A stretch of 64,000 nt of DNA from the human T2T-CHM13v2.0 reference genome, Homo sapiens: NCBI RefSeq assembly GCF_009914755.1, contig NC_060935.1. One strand, 5' to 3'. The notes below the pieces were generated by a model, which did no database searches, was not told the origin of the DNA, and saw only the letters and a program-made list of their open reading frames with translations. The translations under genes were made by a program, and so were the position numbers. Shown here in pieces: positions 1-10,480 of this stretch (positions are counted from its first letter, which is position 1; the number at the start of each line of letters is the position of its first letter).

Positions 1-399
1 ATAAAATACATGAAACAATGATCCTTCAAGACACAGGCATCAAGCAACAAAGGAAAGTAGCTGCTGAGAGACTGGAAACAAATGAGGTAAACCTTATGAA
101 TGTATAACAGAGAAGAGAGATCTGCAGAGAAAGAGAACCCCAAAGATCTAAAAGGGTTCCATTTTGCCTGTTCAATAGAGTCAAGCATATACATCTGAAG
201 AAACTGTCCAAGGCTGGGGAAATAGCCATCAGAAAGAATCAAAGGAAGCATCAGAGGTGCTTGGCATGAACACAGCGTCCGTAGTAGTTCCTGTTCCCAA
301 CATTCAGGCTGGAAAAACTCGTAATTCATGGAATAGTGGGTAGAAGATACAGGAAGGTCCAGTTTCAGTAATGGGGAATACTTGTCCCTATACTGAGCA

Positions 400-1450
400 C
401 TGCTTCAGACCCACCTAACAATTCATACAGCAAAACACAAAAGGACAAAATTATCTCCAAGTGAATTAACTGAATTCTAAAACAGAGCTCAAGAAGATTT
501 ATAGGAATACAAAAAATACCCAGAATCCACCGGAGTACAATTCACCAAGTCTGGCATTCAATAAAATATTATGAGTTATGTAAAGAGGCAAGGAAATAAC
601 GACTTATATAATGAGGAGAAAAATCAGTATAAATCAACCCAGAACTGACTCAAATGTTACAATTAACAGAGAAAAATATTAAAAGTTATGTTATTGCATA
701 TGTTTAAAAAGTTAAGTAGAGACATGAAAGCTATAAATAAAAGACAAATTAAACTTCTAGAGATGAAAACTAAAATATCTGAGATAAAAAATATGCTGAA
801 TGGGATTCACAGCAGGTTAAATATTACAGATGAAAGATTAGTGAGTTTGATGAATAGCCATAGAAAATGCAAAATAAAACAGAAAAATGAATACAAAATA
901 TGAGAAGAAAATCAGTGAACTATGGGACAGCTTCACACTGTGTAACATGAAGGTAGTTGTTGTCACCAAGGCAGAGGAGAGGACAGAAAAAAAAATTGAA
1001 GAAATAATGGCTGAAAATTTTCCAAACTTAATTAAAACTATAAACCACAGATCAAGAAACTCAGTAAATGCTAAGCACAAAAAAATGAAGACACATAACT
1101 AAAGGCATGTAATTATCAAATTGCTCAAAAAACAATGATAAAGAGAAAATATCAAAAGTGGCCAGTGGGAGGGAGGCGAGGCATTCTATGTATAGAGGTA
1201 TAAAGATAAGAATAACATCAAATTTCTCATCAAAAACAATACAGGTAAGTCAAAATGAAGCAAGACTTTTATGGTATTCAAGAGAATAACAATTTTTCAA
1301 CCTGAAATTCTACACTTGGAAAAATATCTTTCAGAAAGAAAGGGAAATAAAGATGTCTTCAGGCATACAAGACCTCAAAGATTTATCACCAGCAGAACCC
1401 ACACCATGAGAAATATTAAAGAATGTCCTGTTGGCAGAAAGAAAAATGAT
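400..1450 (+). mobile_element. Old L1 (L1M-type) 5'/ORF1 remnant
   Basis: Broken ORFs read like L1 ORF1p (EKKISELWDSF, IEEIMAENFPNLIKTIN, LLEMKTKISEIKN). Boundaries are approximate. Confidence 0.7.
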
Positions 1451-1455
1451 ACACG

Positions 1456-1776
<321 letters not shown>

Positions 1777-1859
1777 TTAAAGAAATGGAGACCATAAAAA
1801 TAGTAGTAATATAAGTAAATATATTTAAAAATTTACTTAGTATCCAAATTTTTTTTTAC

Positions 1860-1975
1860 CAGAAACAACATTATTTAATGATAAAAAAGTCAATTTACCA
1901 GGAAGATATGACAATTATAAGAGAGAAATAGAAAACAACACAACAATAGTAGGAGATTTCAATATCCCACTACAT
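1860..1975 (+). mobile_element. L1 ORF2 endonuclease-domain fragment
   Basis: Translates to HYLMIKKSIYQEDMTII ... TIVGDFNIPL, the L1 EN GDFN motif. Confidence 0.65.
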
Positions 1976-1976
1976 C

Positions 1977-1980
<4 letters not shown>

Positions 1981-2018
<38 letters not shown>
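1981..2018. repeat. (CA)19 microsatellite
   Basis: Perfect CA run sitting where the A-tail of the adjacent minus-strand L1 would be. Confidence 0.97.
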
Positions 2019-2019
<1 letters not shown>

Positions 2020-2962
2020 TAAGTTCTGGGATACATGTACAGAACGTGCAGGTTTGTTACATAGGTATACACGTGCCATGGTGGTTTGCTGTGGCCATCA
2101 ACCAGTCATCTACATTAGGTATTTCTCCTAATGCTATCCTTCCCCTAGACCTCCATCCCCCGACAGGCCCCGGTGGGTGATGTTCCCCTCCCTGTGTCCA
2201 TGTGTCCTCATTGTTCAACTCCCACTTATGAGTGAGAACAGGCGGTGTTTAGTTTTTTGTTCCTGTGATAGTTTGCTGGGAATGATGGTTTCCAGCTTCA
2301 TCCATGTCCCTGCAAAGGACATGAACTCATCCTTTTTCATGGCTGCATAGTATTCTATGGTGTATATGTGCCACATTTTCTTAATCCAGTCTATCACTGA
2401 TGGGCATTTGGGTTGGTTCCAAGTCTTTGCTATTGTGAACAGTGCTGCAATAAACGTACGTGGGCATGTATCTTTATAGTAGAATGATTTATAATCCTTT
2501 GAGTATATACCTAGTAATGGTATTTCTGGGTCAAATGGTATTTCTGGTTCTAGATCCTTGAGGAATTGCCACACTGTCTTCCACAATGGTTGAACACAAT
2601 GGTTGAATGAGTGAATTTACACTCCCACCAAAAAGCATTCCTATTTCTCCACAGTCACAACAGCATCTGTTGTTTCCTGACTTTTTAATAATCACCATTA
2701 TCACTGGTGTGAGATGGTATCTCATTATGGTTTTGATTTGCATTTCTCTAACGACCAGTGATGATGAGCTTTTTTTTTTCATATGTTTGTTGGCCACATC
2801 AATGTCTTCTTTTGAGAAGTGTCTGTTCATATCCTTCACCCACTTTTTGATGGGCTTGTTTGCTTTTTCTTGAAAATTTGTTTAAGGACCTTGTAGATTC
2901 TGGATATTAAACCTTTGTCAGATGGATAGATTGCAAAAATTTTCTCCCATTCTATAGGTTGC
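2019..2962 (-). mobile_element. 5'-truncated L1PA (about L1PA7/8) 3' end
   Basis: L1 3'UTR (AAGTTCTGGGATACATG...CAGGTTTGTTAC) and ORF2 C-terminus ([17 protein letters not shown]) on the minus strand. Confidence 0.9.
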
Positions 2963-3772
2963 CGAACAGACACTTTTCAAAAGAAGACATACAAGTGGCA
3001 AATAAGCATATGAAAAAATGCTCAACATCACTAATCATTAGAGAAGTGCAAATCAAAACCACAATGAGGTACCATCTCACACCAGTCAAAATGGCTACTA
3101 TTAAAAAGTCAAAACAACAACAACAAAACAGATGCTGGCAAAATTGTAGAGAAAAGGGAACACTTTTCTGGTGGGAATGTAAATTAGTTCAGCCACTGTG
3201 GAAAGCAGTTTGGTGATTTCTTGAATAACTTAAAACAGAACTACTATTCGACCCAACAATGCCATTACTGGGTATATACCCAGAGGAATATAAATTACTC
3301 TACCATAAAGACACGTGCATGGTTATGTTCATCGCAGCACTATTCACACAGCAAAGGCATGGAATCAACCTAAATGCCCATCAATAGCAGGAAATGTGGT
3401 ACATATACACCATGGAATACTATACAGCCATGAAAAAGACCGAGATCATGTCTTTTGCAGCAACATAAATGGAGCTAGAGGCTATTATCCTATCTTAACA
3501 CAGGAACAGAAAACCAAATACTGTGTGTTCTCACTTATAAGTTGGAGCTAAATATTGAGTACACATGGATACAAATAATAGAACAACAGATATTGTGGCC
3601 TACTGGAGGGTTGAGGGTAAGAGAAGGGTGAATATAAAAAAAACTGCCTATCAGGTACTATGCTTATTACCTGGGTGATGAAGTAATCTGTACACCAAAC
3701 CCTTGTGACACGCAATTGACCTATATAATAAACCTGCACATGTACCCGTGAAACTAAAAGTTAAAAAAAAAA
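2963..3772 (+). mobile_element. 5'-truncated older L1PA/L1PB 3' end
   Basis: [30 protein letters not shown]2 C-terminus, 3'UTR ending AAACCTGCACATGTACCC, and an A-tail. Confidence 0.88.
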
Positions 3773-5054
3773 ACAGAATCATCAATAACTCAAATATTAC
3801 AGGTAAGAAGTTTTAGGTTGCCACACCTGTTAAAAAACTCCAGTGAGCTGAGCTTAAGGCAGAAAATAAGAAATCCATGAAAGGGTAGTGAAAGAACAAG
3901 CTATAATTATCAACTTATGTCTGGGGCAGGATTAGGAGCTACAATAGCTATGTTTTCTGCTAATTATTTGCCTTTTTTGCTCTTCCTCTTTCAACTTACA
4001 TAAATAATCATGACAGGAGCTATTCTTTTATGTAGCAAGTAGAAGTGTGAGCTACTTGATATCATGCCGCTATGATATAGTTCTTAATGGAACTTTATGT
4101 GTTCCCTGTATTAGAAATATGAATTAATCACTGAAAGAAGTGGATGCTGAGGGCAAAAGGTGTGTACTTCACCAGTTGACCTTTCCAGATCTACCTTCTA
4201 TCCTTTTTCAGCTTGCTATGTGCTTCAGAATGTTTGACATCTTTTATGGATTATACCAAAAGGCTCCTTGTTCCCTGGCTTCTAATTGGAATACAATAGT
4301 GGGGGATCAGAAGGTGGGTGGAAAATGGGCTTGAGAAATATTTCTTCTCATGGCTTCCTTGCCTTCACATAGCCTAAGTCCACAGTTACTGCCTTGTGCC
4401 CTTAGCATATTTCTACCCTCTCCAGGTTCTAGTTCCCTCCTCTTGGTCATTCAGGCTTAGCGTTAGTTACAGCTTCTCACTCTTGCTATGTGTCACTATT
4501 CTTGGAATATGTCACTATTTCTTGCTGGTTTCCACAACTCCTATATTCATCTTTATGAAGATATATCCTGATAAATATGATCCTTATGTTTCTAAAAGAG
4601 TGTGAGAAGGAGAGCAGAGCTCATATATTCTGCTTCATTGTACCCATGCTCTTCATTACCCATGTTAAGCACACATACAGGTGCACATGCCAACATACAT
4701 GTAGCACCTAGCTCATAGTAAGTGATTCAGTAATGTCTATTTATTGATCATTTGATGATGCAGAGAGATTCAGAAGTACCAAAAGAAAAAGGACTTGAAG
4801 TAAGATCTGAAATAGACAGGTGATAATACACAGCATTATTAAAAAGGTAGATTTTACAAGGCTTATAAAATATGTGTGTTTCTCGGGGGATTTCTCAACC
4901 CTTAGGTGTCAAAGGACCAACCAGAAGGAAGCATATCCTCCTTCCGATTGCTCCACGAATTACTGTCCTTCTCCTTCTATGAAAGAAATGCAGGATGAAG
5001 GATAGAGGGTGTGTCTATGGATAAGGCCCAAGAATAAGAATCTTACCATATTTT

Positions 5055-5179
5055 TTATTAATTTTTAATTTACAATTGACATAATTATATATAGTTTGGG
5101 AATACAGTGTGATGTTTCAATGCATGGAAACACTGTATAATAATCAAATCAGGGTAATTACTATATCCATCACTTTAAG
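5055..5179 (-). mobile_element. Very short L1MA 3'-end insertion with 14-bp TSD
   Basis: L1MA-like terminal sequence flanked by identical TCTTACCATATTTT at 5041-5054 and 5180-5193. Confidence 0.8.
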
Positions 5180-5368
5180 TCTTACCATATTTTAGATTCA
5201 CAAAGAAGAGGGCTACCCAGCAAGTCTTCTTTAATAATATAAGTTTATTTTATCCAATATATTAAAATATTATTTTATTGTCATGCCATCCATATAAAAT
5301 TACTAATGACATGATTTAAATTCTATTTTCATATAGGTGTGAAAATTTGAAATCTAATGTGCATTTTT

Positions 5369-5741
5369 TCTTCTTTTCAACTTTTATTTTAAAATCGAGG
5401 GTACACACGCAGGTTTGTTACAGAGGTATATCATGTGATGCTGAGATACGGAGTACAAATGAATCCATCACCCAGGTAGTGAGTAGGTAATAGGTAGTTT
5501 TTTTAACCCTTCCCCCTCCCTCCCATAATCTAGTAGTCCCCAATGTCTATTGTTCCCACCTTTGTCTTCATATGTACCCAATGTTTAGTTCCTACTTATG
5601 AGTGACAACATGAAGTATTTGGTTTTCTGTTTTTGTGCTAGTTCACTTAGGATAATGGTTTCAAGCTGCATCTATGTTTCTGCGAATGACATGATTTCAT
5701 TCTATTCTGTGGCTGCATAGTATTCCATGGTGTATATGTAC
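5369..5741 (-). mobile_element. L1PA15/16-like 3' end
   Basis: L1 3'UTR (CAGGTTTGTTAC...CACCCAGGTAGTGAG) running to GGCTGCATAGTATTCCATGGTGTATATGTAC. Confidence 0.85.
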
Positions 5742-5872
5742 TTTTGTTTTCAAAGCAGGAGAAAGTTTATTAAAAAGCTTTAGAACAGTAAGGAAGGAAA
5801 AGGAAAGGAGGAAAAAGAAGGAAAGTACAACTTGGAAGGGGGCCAAGCAGGTGACTTGAGAAACCAAGTGTG
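5742..5872 (-). mobile_element. ERV1 (MER4-group-like) LTR fragment ending at its poly(A) site
   Basis: GAAAGTACAACTTGGAAGGGGGCCAAGCAGGTGACTTGAG resembles MER4-group LTRs. The minus strand reads AATAAA (5771-5766), 20 nt, then AAAA. The family name is by eye. Confidence 0.6.
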
Positions 5873-5992
5873 CCAATGTACATTTTTAAAAATCCAATCC
5901 ACCTGGGTTGATTCCATGTCTTCCCAGCAAGTCTTTGAAGTAGGAAGCCAAAAGGTTCTCTGAGCTCACTGTCAGTGTGAGATTCCAAGCCT

Positions 5993-6919
5993 TCATGGGA
6001 AATTCCTTGTGGCTACTTTCCTCAGAGCTGCCTTCACATCCTTGTTTCTCAGGCTATAGATGAGGGGATTAAGCATGGGAGTCACTATTGCATAGAAAAC
6101 AGACACCGATTTTTCCTGCTGTTTGGAAGACTTGGGTGTCATGTAAGTGATAATTGCTGATCCATAAAAAAGTATGACCACCATGAGGTGGGAGCCACAG
6201 GTAGAAAATGCCTTGAGACTCCCCACAGTTGACTTCATCTTGACCACAGTTACTATGATACGGCCATAGGATACCAGAATCAGAAAAACAGGTATGAGGA
6301 GAATCACAACCCCCGTAAGAAAAATGGCCATCTCTGATGCATGGGTGTCTGTGGATGCTAAGATCAATAGTGCAGGGGCCTCACAAAAGAAATGAGCAAT
6401 GCTGTTACTGCCTCGGTAGGGTAGCCTCAGTGTGAAGGTGGTGTCTACCACAGACACCAGAATGCCACTGGTCCATGGTCCTGTTGCCAGCTGGACACAC
6501 ACTTTCCAGGTCATGATGTTAGGGTAACGCAGAGGATTGCAGATTGCAACATAGCGATCATAGGACATCACTGCAAGAAGGGCGCACTGGGTACACCCAA
6601 AAATGAGGAAAAAGAGAAGTCGAGCTGCGCAAAGTGTGAATGCAATGACCTTCTTTCTGGAAAGCAGGTGGACTAGTGCCTGAGGAACTATGTTGGTAGA
6701 GAAACAGAGGTCAGCCAGAGACAAGTTGCAGAGAAAAAAATACATGGGTGTGTGAAGTTGGGAGTCAACATGAACAAGGGAGATTAGAAGCAGATTTCCA
6801 AGCACAGTGACCAGGTAGACACCCAATAATACGATAAATAGCAGCTGCTCGGTGTGTGGCCCATCAGAGAGTCCCAGAAGGAGGAATTCTGTCACTTGTG
6901 TCTGATTTATCTGTCTCAT
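5993..6919 (-). CDS. OR2D2: Olfactory receptor 2D2 (class II OR, 308 aa)
   Basis: Intact intronless ORF with N-glycosylation site NQT and the motifs [29 protein letters not shown] and [12 protein letters not shown]. The sequence [12 protein letters not shown]... is recognised, and the synteny with OR2D3 and ZNF215 fits. Confidence 0.95.
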
Positions 6920-7419
6920 AGTTTGTTGTCCTTTTCAGTAAGAAGTCACTATGTGCTAACCATAGACAGGCATACCTATAAAATTATATAATTCAGAAGT
7001 GCAGGCTTAGGAACTGCCCCAATTTCTACTGAAAATTTCAAGAACCCCCTTCATAAGATGATCATGTTTCTTTCATTGGAACATTTTCAGTGTTGTAAAA
7101 CAAACTTTAAAAGATGTTGCATTCATTGTTGGTGTCATCTGGCAAGAATAGATTTTTAAAATTATTTTTCTCACTCTGAATACCACACTTTTAATAATAC
7201 AATATTAAATACAGACTGAGTTCATCTATAAAGTCCTGCCATTTAATTTCTGTTTGTTCTTAACTAAAACCCCTGAGTCGTAAGTGCTCTTGTCACATCT
7301 CCTCTTCCCCGCTTATGATAATATAGTTTTCTGTTGTATTTTCCATGAAAGGACAGACACGAAGGTATAAGAAATCAGAAAGAGCCAAAGTACTGGTATG
7401 TTTTATTTAAGAAACTAAC

Positions 7420-7840
7420 CTGTCTTACAGGAGCTGGGAAACCAAAGATTAACTCAGGATACCCTTGGGAATCCTATCTGAAGCCTCAGCTTGAGTTCTG
7501 TTCAGTCTCAACTGTGAATGAACTTCCAACATAACAGACACACCATCAAAACAGAATTTTCATTTTAAGCCACCAGCGTGACTAGTTTCATACTCAGCCC
7601 AAACAGCACTACTCCCCAGCTCTCTCTGCTAAAAATTATATGCATTATCTGTCCACTCCCCCCGCAAAAGTAAAAGTTCCTTTGAAAATAGTTTCCATGT
7701 CTTTTTCACCTCTGTGTCCTTTACAAGACATAGCAGAGAACTTCATTTCATAAATGACCATAATTCATTAAACAAATAATAATTTGATCACATAGTTAAG
7801 CAGAGTCATTTAGAAGTTTTGCCAATATCCCTAGAGAGAT
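7420..7840 (-). promoter_or_regulatory. Candidate OR2D2 promoter / 5' non-coding exon
   Basis: Near-perfect EBF (O/E) palindrome ATACCCTTGGGAAT at 7459-7472, a second O/E-like site TCCCTAGAGA at 7828-7837, homeodomain TAATGA (minus) at 7765-7770, and a minus-strand donor CAG|GTTAGT at 7420/7419. Confidence 0.45.
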
Positions 7841-7929
7841 TTGAAATAATAATCCAATTTTGTGGAGCTGTTCCAAAAAGAAGGGAAATAAATTTACTTT
7901 AAAGTGTAAAGTTTAAGATCCTATACACG

Positions 7930-8400
7930 GGTTGGGCTATCAATCCTTTAACTGTCTGGTGAAAGTATCTCAGAATAACGTTTTAAATACATCAAATAAA
8001 ATGTATAGGATTACTAAGGAAACCAGTTATATCAAAATACAGTTATCGAAATAATTTTAGAAAACAGATTTGTAAACAGCAATATATGTGCTTCTTTATT
8101 AATACACTAAAATTTTGAAATGTAGTGGTGGGTCTAATAACCATCTTCATTTCAAAATAATGATGAGTTTAAATATTTGGAGATCTCTCCAACAACTGCA
8201 ATACAATATAAAAATTCTTATAATTACTACTGCTGACAAAGTCATAAATACTTCTAATATTGGTGTGGGTTGGTTACTTGCATTCAAATTGGAAGGAAAC
8301 ATCAACTTTCAGTTAGGGGAAAATAAAAATAAAGAAGTAACATTTTACTCCAAGTTGCAGAACTCACTTGGGTTACAGGAATCCCCAGGAGATTTCTTAA
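7930..8400. mobile_element. hAT-Charlie MITE (MER119-like)
   Basis: CTCAGAATAACGTTTTAAATAC...ATAGGATTACTAAGGAAACCAGTTAT resembles a hAT-Charlie consensus from memory. Ends are approximate. Confidence 0.45.
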
Positions 8401-9289
8401 AAAAAAAAAAAAAGACATAATTACACCCTACATAATCTAGTAACAGAGTCTCAGCATCTGGATTGGTCTGTGAGTCAAAGAAATGAAAGATTTCAATTCC
8501 TAATTGGTCTTCAGACTAAAGTTGGAATTTGGCATTGGGAGGAAGGTCCCTTTGCACTTCTACTTAACTGTTTGGTGCTTTAGATTTTTAGCATTGCTCC
8601 CTGCTCACTTTGCAGGCAGAAGGCCTTAAGCAAACAGCTCAGTCCAACATGCATCACCTGTATGACAAAATCCAATTTATAACCCTTCCACCTTTGCCCA
8701 CTACTGGTAAGCCATGGACTCTACACTCCTTTCCTCACTTCCTGGGATTTCTCCTGCAACATCTTTTCTCCAGACAGGAATGTAGCTGTCCTGGGCCAAA
8801 GTTACCACTAACAACCAATCTGGGAAAAGTTTGACCTAATTTCTTTTCTCTTCTCCACTTTTATTTTAACCACCAGAGGAAGAAGCCTGAAAACAATTTC
8901 ACCTTACTGTTTTACTTTACAATGTACAGATTAATTACTTAAAAGGTTCTTTTTTAACTCAAAATACAGATTATTCTTTATGTTATTCTCCTCTTTTACA
9001 CATCTAGGAAAATCTGTCAAAACAAAAACAGTCTCATATCAAATCATATAAATGTAATGGTTACACAATATTACCATTATATCAGGTAAATGGAGGTGTG
9101 GATGTTGATTCAATGGTAAAATAAAAACCAGTGCCACCAAACTCTAAAATCTTTGAAAGGATAAAAGCCTCTTACCTAATCCTTAAAAGGAACTCTATAT
9201 TCCTCCTCAGTTTTGAAGATAAGTTACTTAATTTTAACATTTTGTTTGCTTAATTGTATTTTAAATATACATCAAATATATATTTTTCA

Positions 9290-10480
9290 GAACAAAAGAA
9301 AAAAATTAATAAATTGGACATCATCAAAATTAAAAATGTTTGTGCTTCAAAAGACACCATTAAGGAAGTGAAAAGACAACCCACAGAGTGGGAGAAAATT
9401 TTTGCAAATTCTGTATCTGATAAGGGACTTATATTTAGAATATATAAGAAACATAACCTGGTAATAAAAAGGCCAATAATATAATTAATAACTGGGCAAA
9501 GAATCTAAATAGACATTGTTTCCAGAAGAGGTATGCAAATGGCCAGTAGGCACATGAAAATATGTTGAATGTCATTAGCCATAAAGGAAATGCAAACCAA
9601 AACCACAATAGCATACAACTTTACACCTACTAGGATGGCTAGCAGGTTACCATATGAATCAGCCATCCCACCAGTAGGTATATACCCAAGAGAACTGAAA
9701 GCATATGTTGCACACAAAAACTTATACATGAATGTTTATGGCAACATTATTCATAATACTCAAAAAGTGCAGTGATCCAAAGACAAAAAGTGAAATGTCT
9801 TTGAATATATAAAGAAAAGGTGATATATCAGCTGGGTGTGGTGGCTCACGCCTGTAATCCCAGTACATTGAGAGACTAAGGCAGGTGTATCACTTAAGGT
9901 CAGGAGTTCGAGGCCAGCCTGGCCAATGTGGTGAAACCCCGTCTCTACTAAAAATACAAAAATTAGCTGGGCATCATGGCACATGCCTATAGTCCCAAAT
10001 AGTTGGGAGGCTGAGGCAGAAGAATCATTTGAACAGGGTAGGCAGAGGTTGCAGTGAGCTGAGATCACTCCACTGCACTTCAGTCCATGTGAGAGAGAGA
10101 GACCCCACCTCAAAAACAAACAAACAAACAAACAAACAAACAAAAAAAACGGTGATATATCCATATAAAGGATTGAACATGGTACAACATGAATAAACGT
10201 TAAAAACATTATATTAAGTGAAAAAAGTAGTCACAAAGGATGACATATTGCATGATTTCATTTATATTAAATGTCAAGAACAGGCAAATCTATAGAGAAA
10301 GAAAGTAGATTGGTTGTTGCCTAGGGCTGGGGTTATAGGAGGACTGGATGATGATGACTAAGGAATGTATGGTTTCTTTTTGGAGTAACGAAAAAGTTCT
10401 AAAATTGATTGTGGTGATGGTTGCATAACTTTGTGAATATTCTAAAAGCCATTGAATTATACACTTTAAATGGTAAGTTG
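9290..10480 (+). mobile_element. L1MB-type 3' fragment interrupted by an Alu
   Basis: [39 protein letters not shown]2 remnant plus an L1MB-like 3'UTR. Confidence 0.8.
9830..10149 (+). mobile_element. AluS-type SINE with (CAAA)n tail
   Basis: Full dimer with a TSD core GGTGATATATC on both sides. Confidence 0.95.

Noticed and set aside
3780-4600. Possible ERVL/LTR-derived sequence
   Set aside because: The resemblance is too weak to name a family or set boundaries without a profile search.
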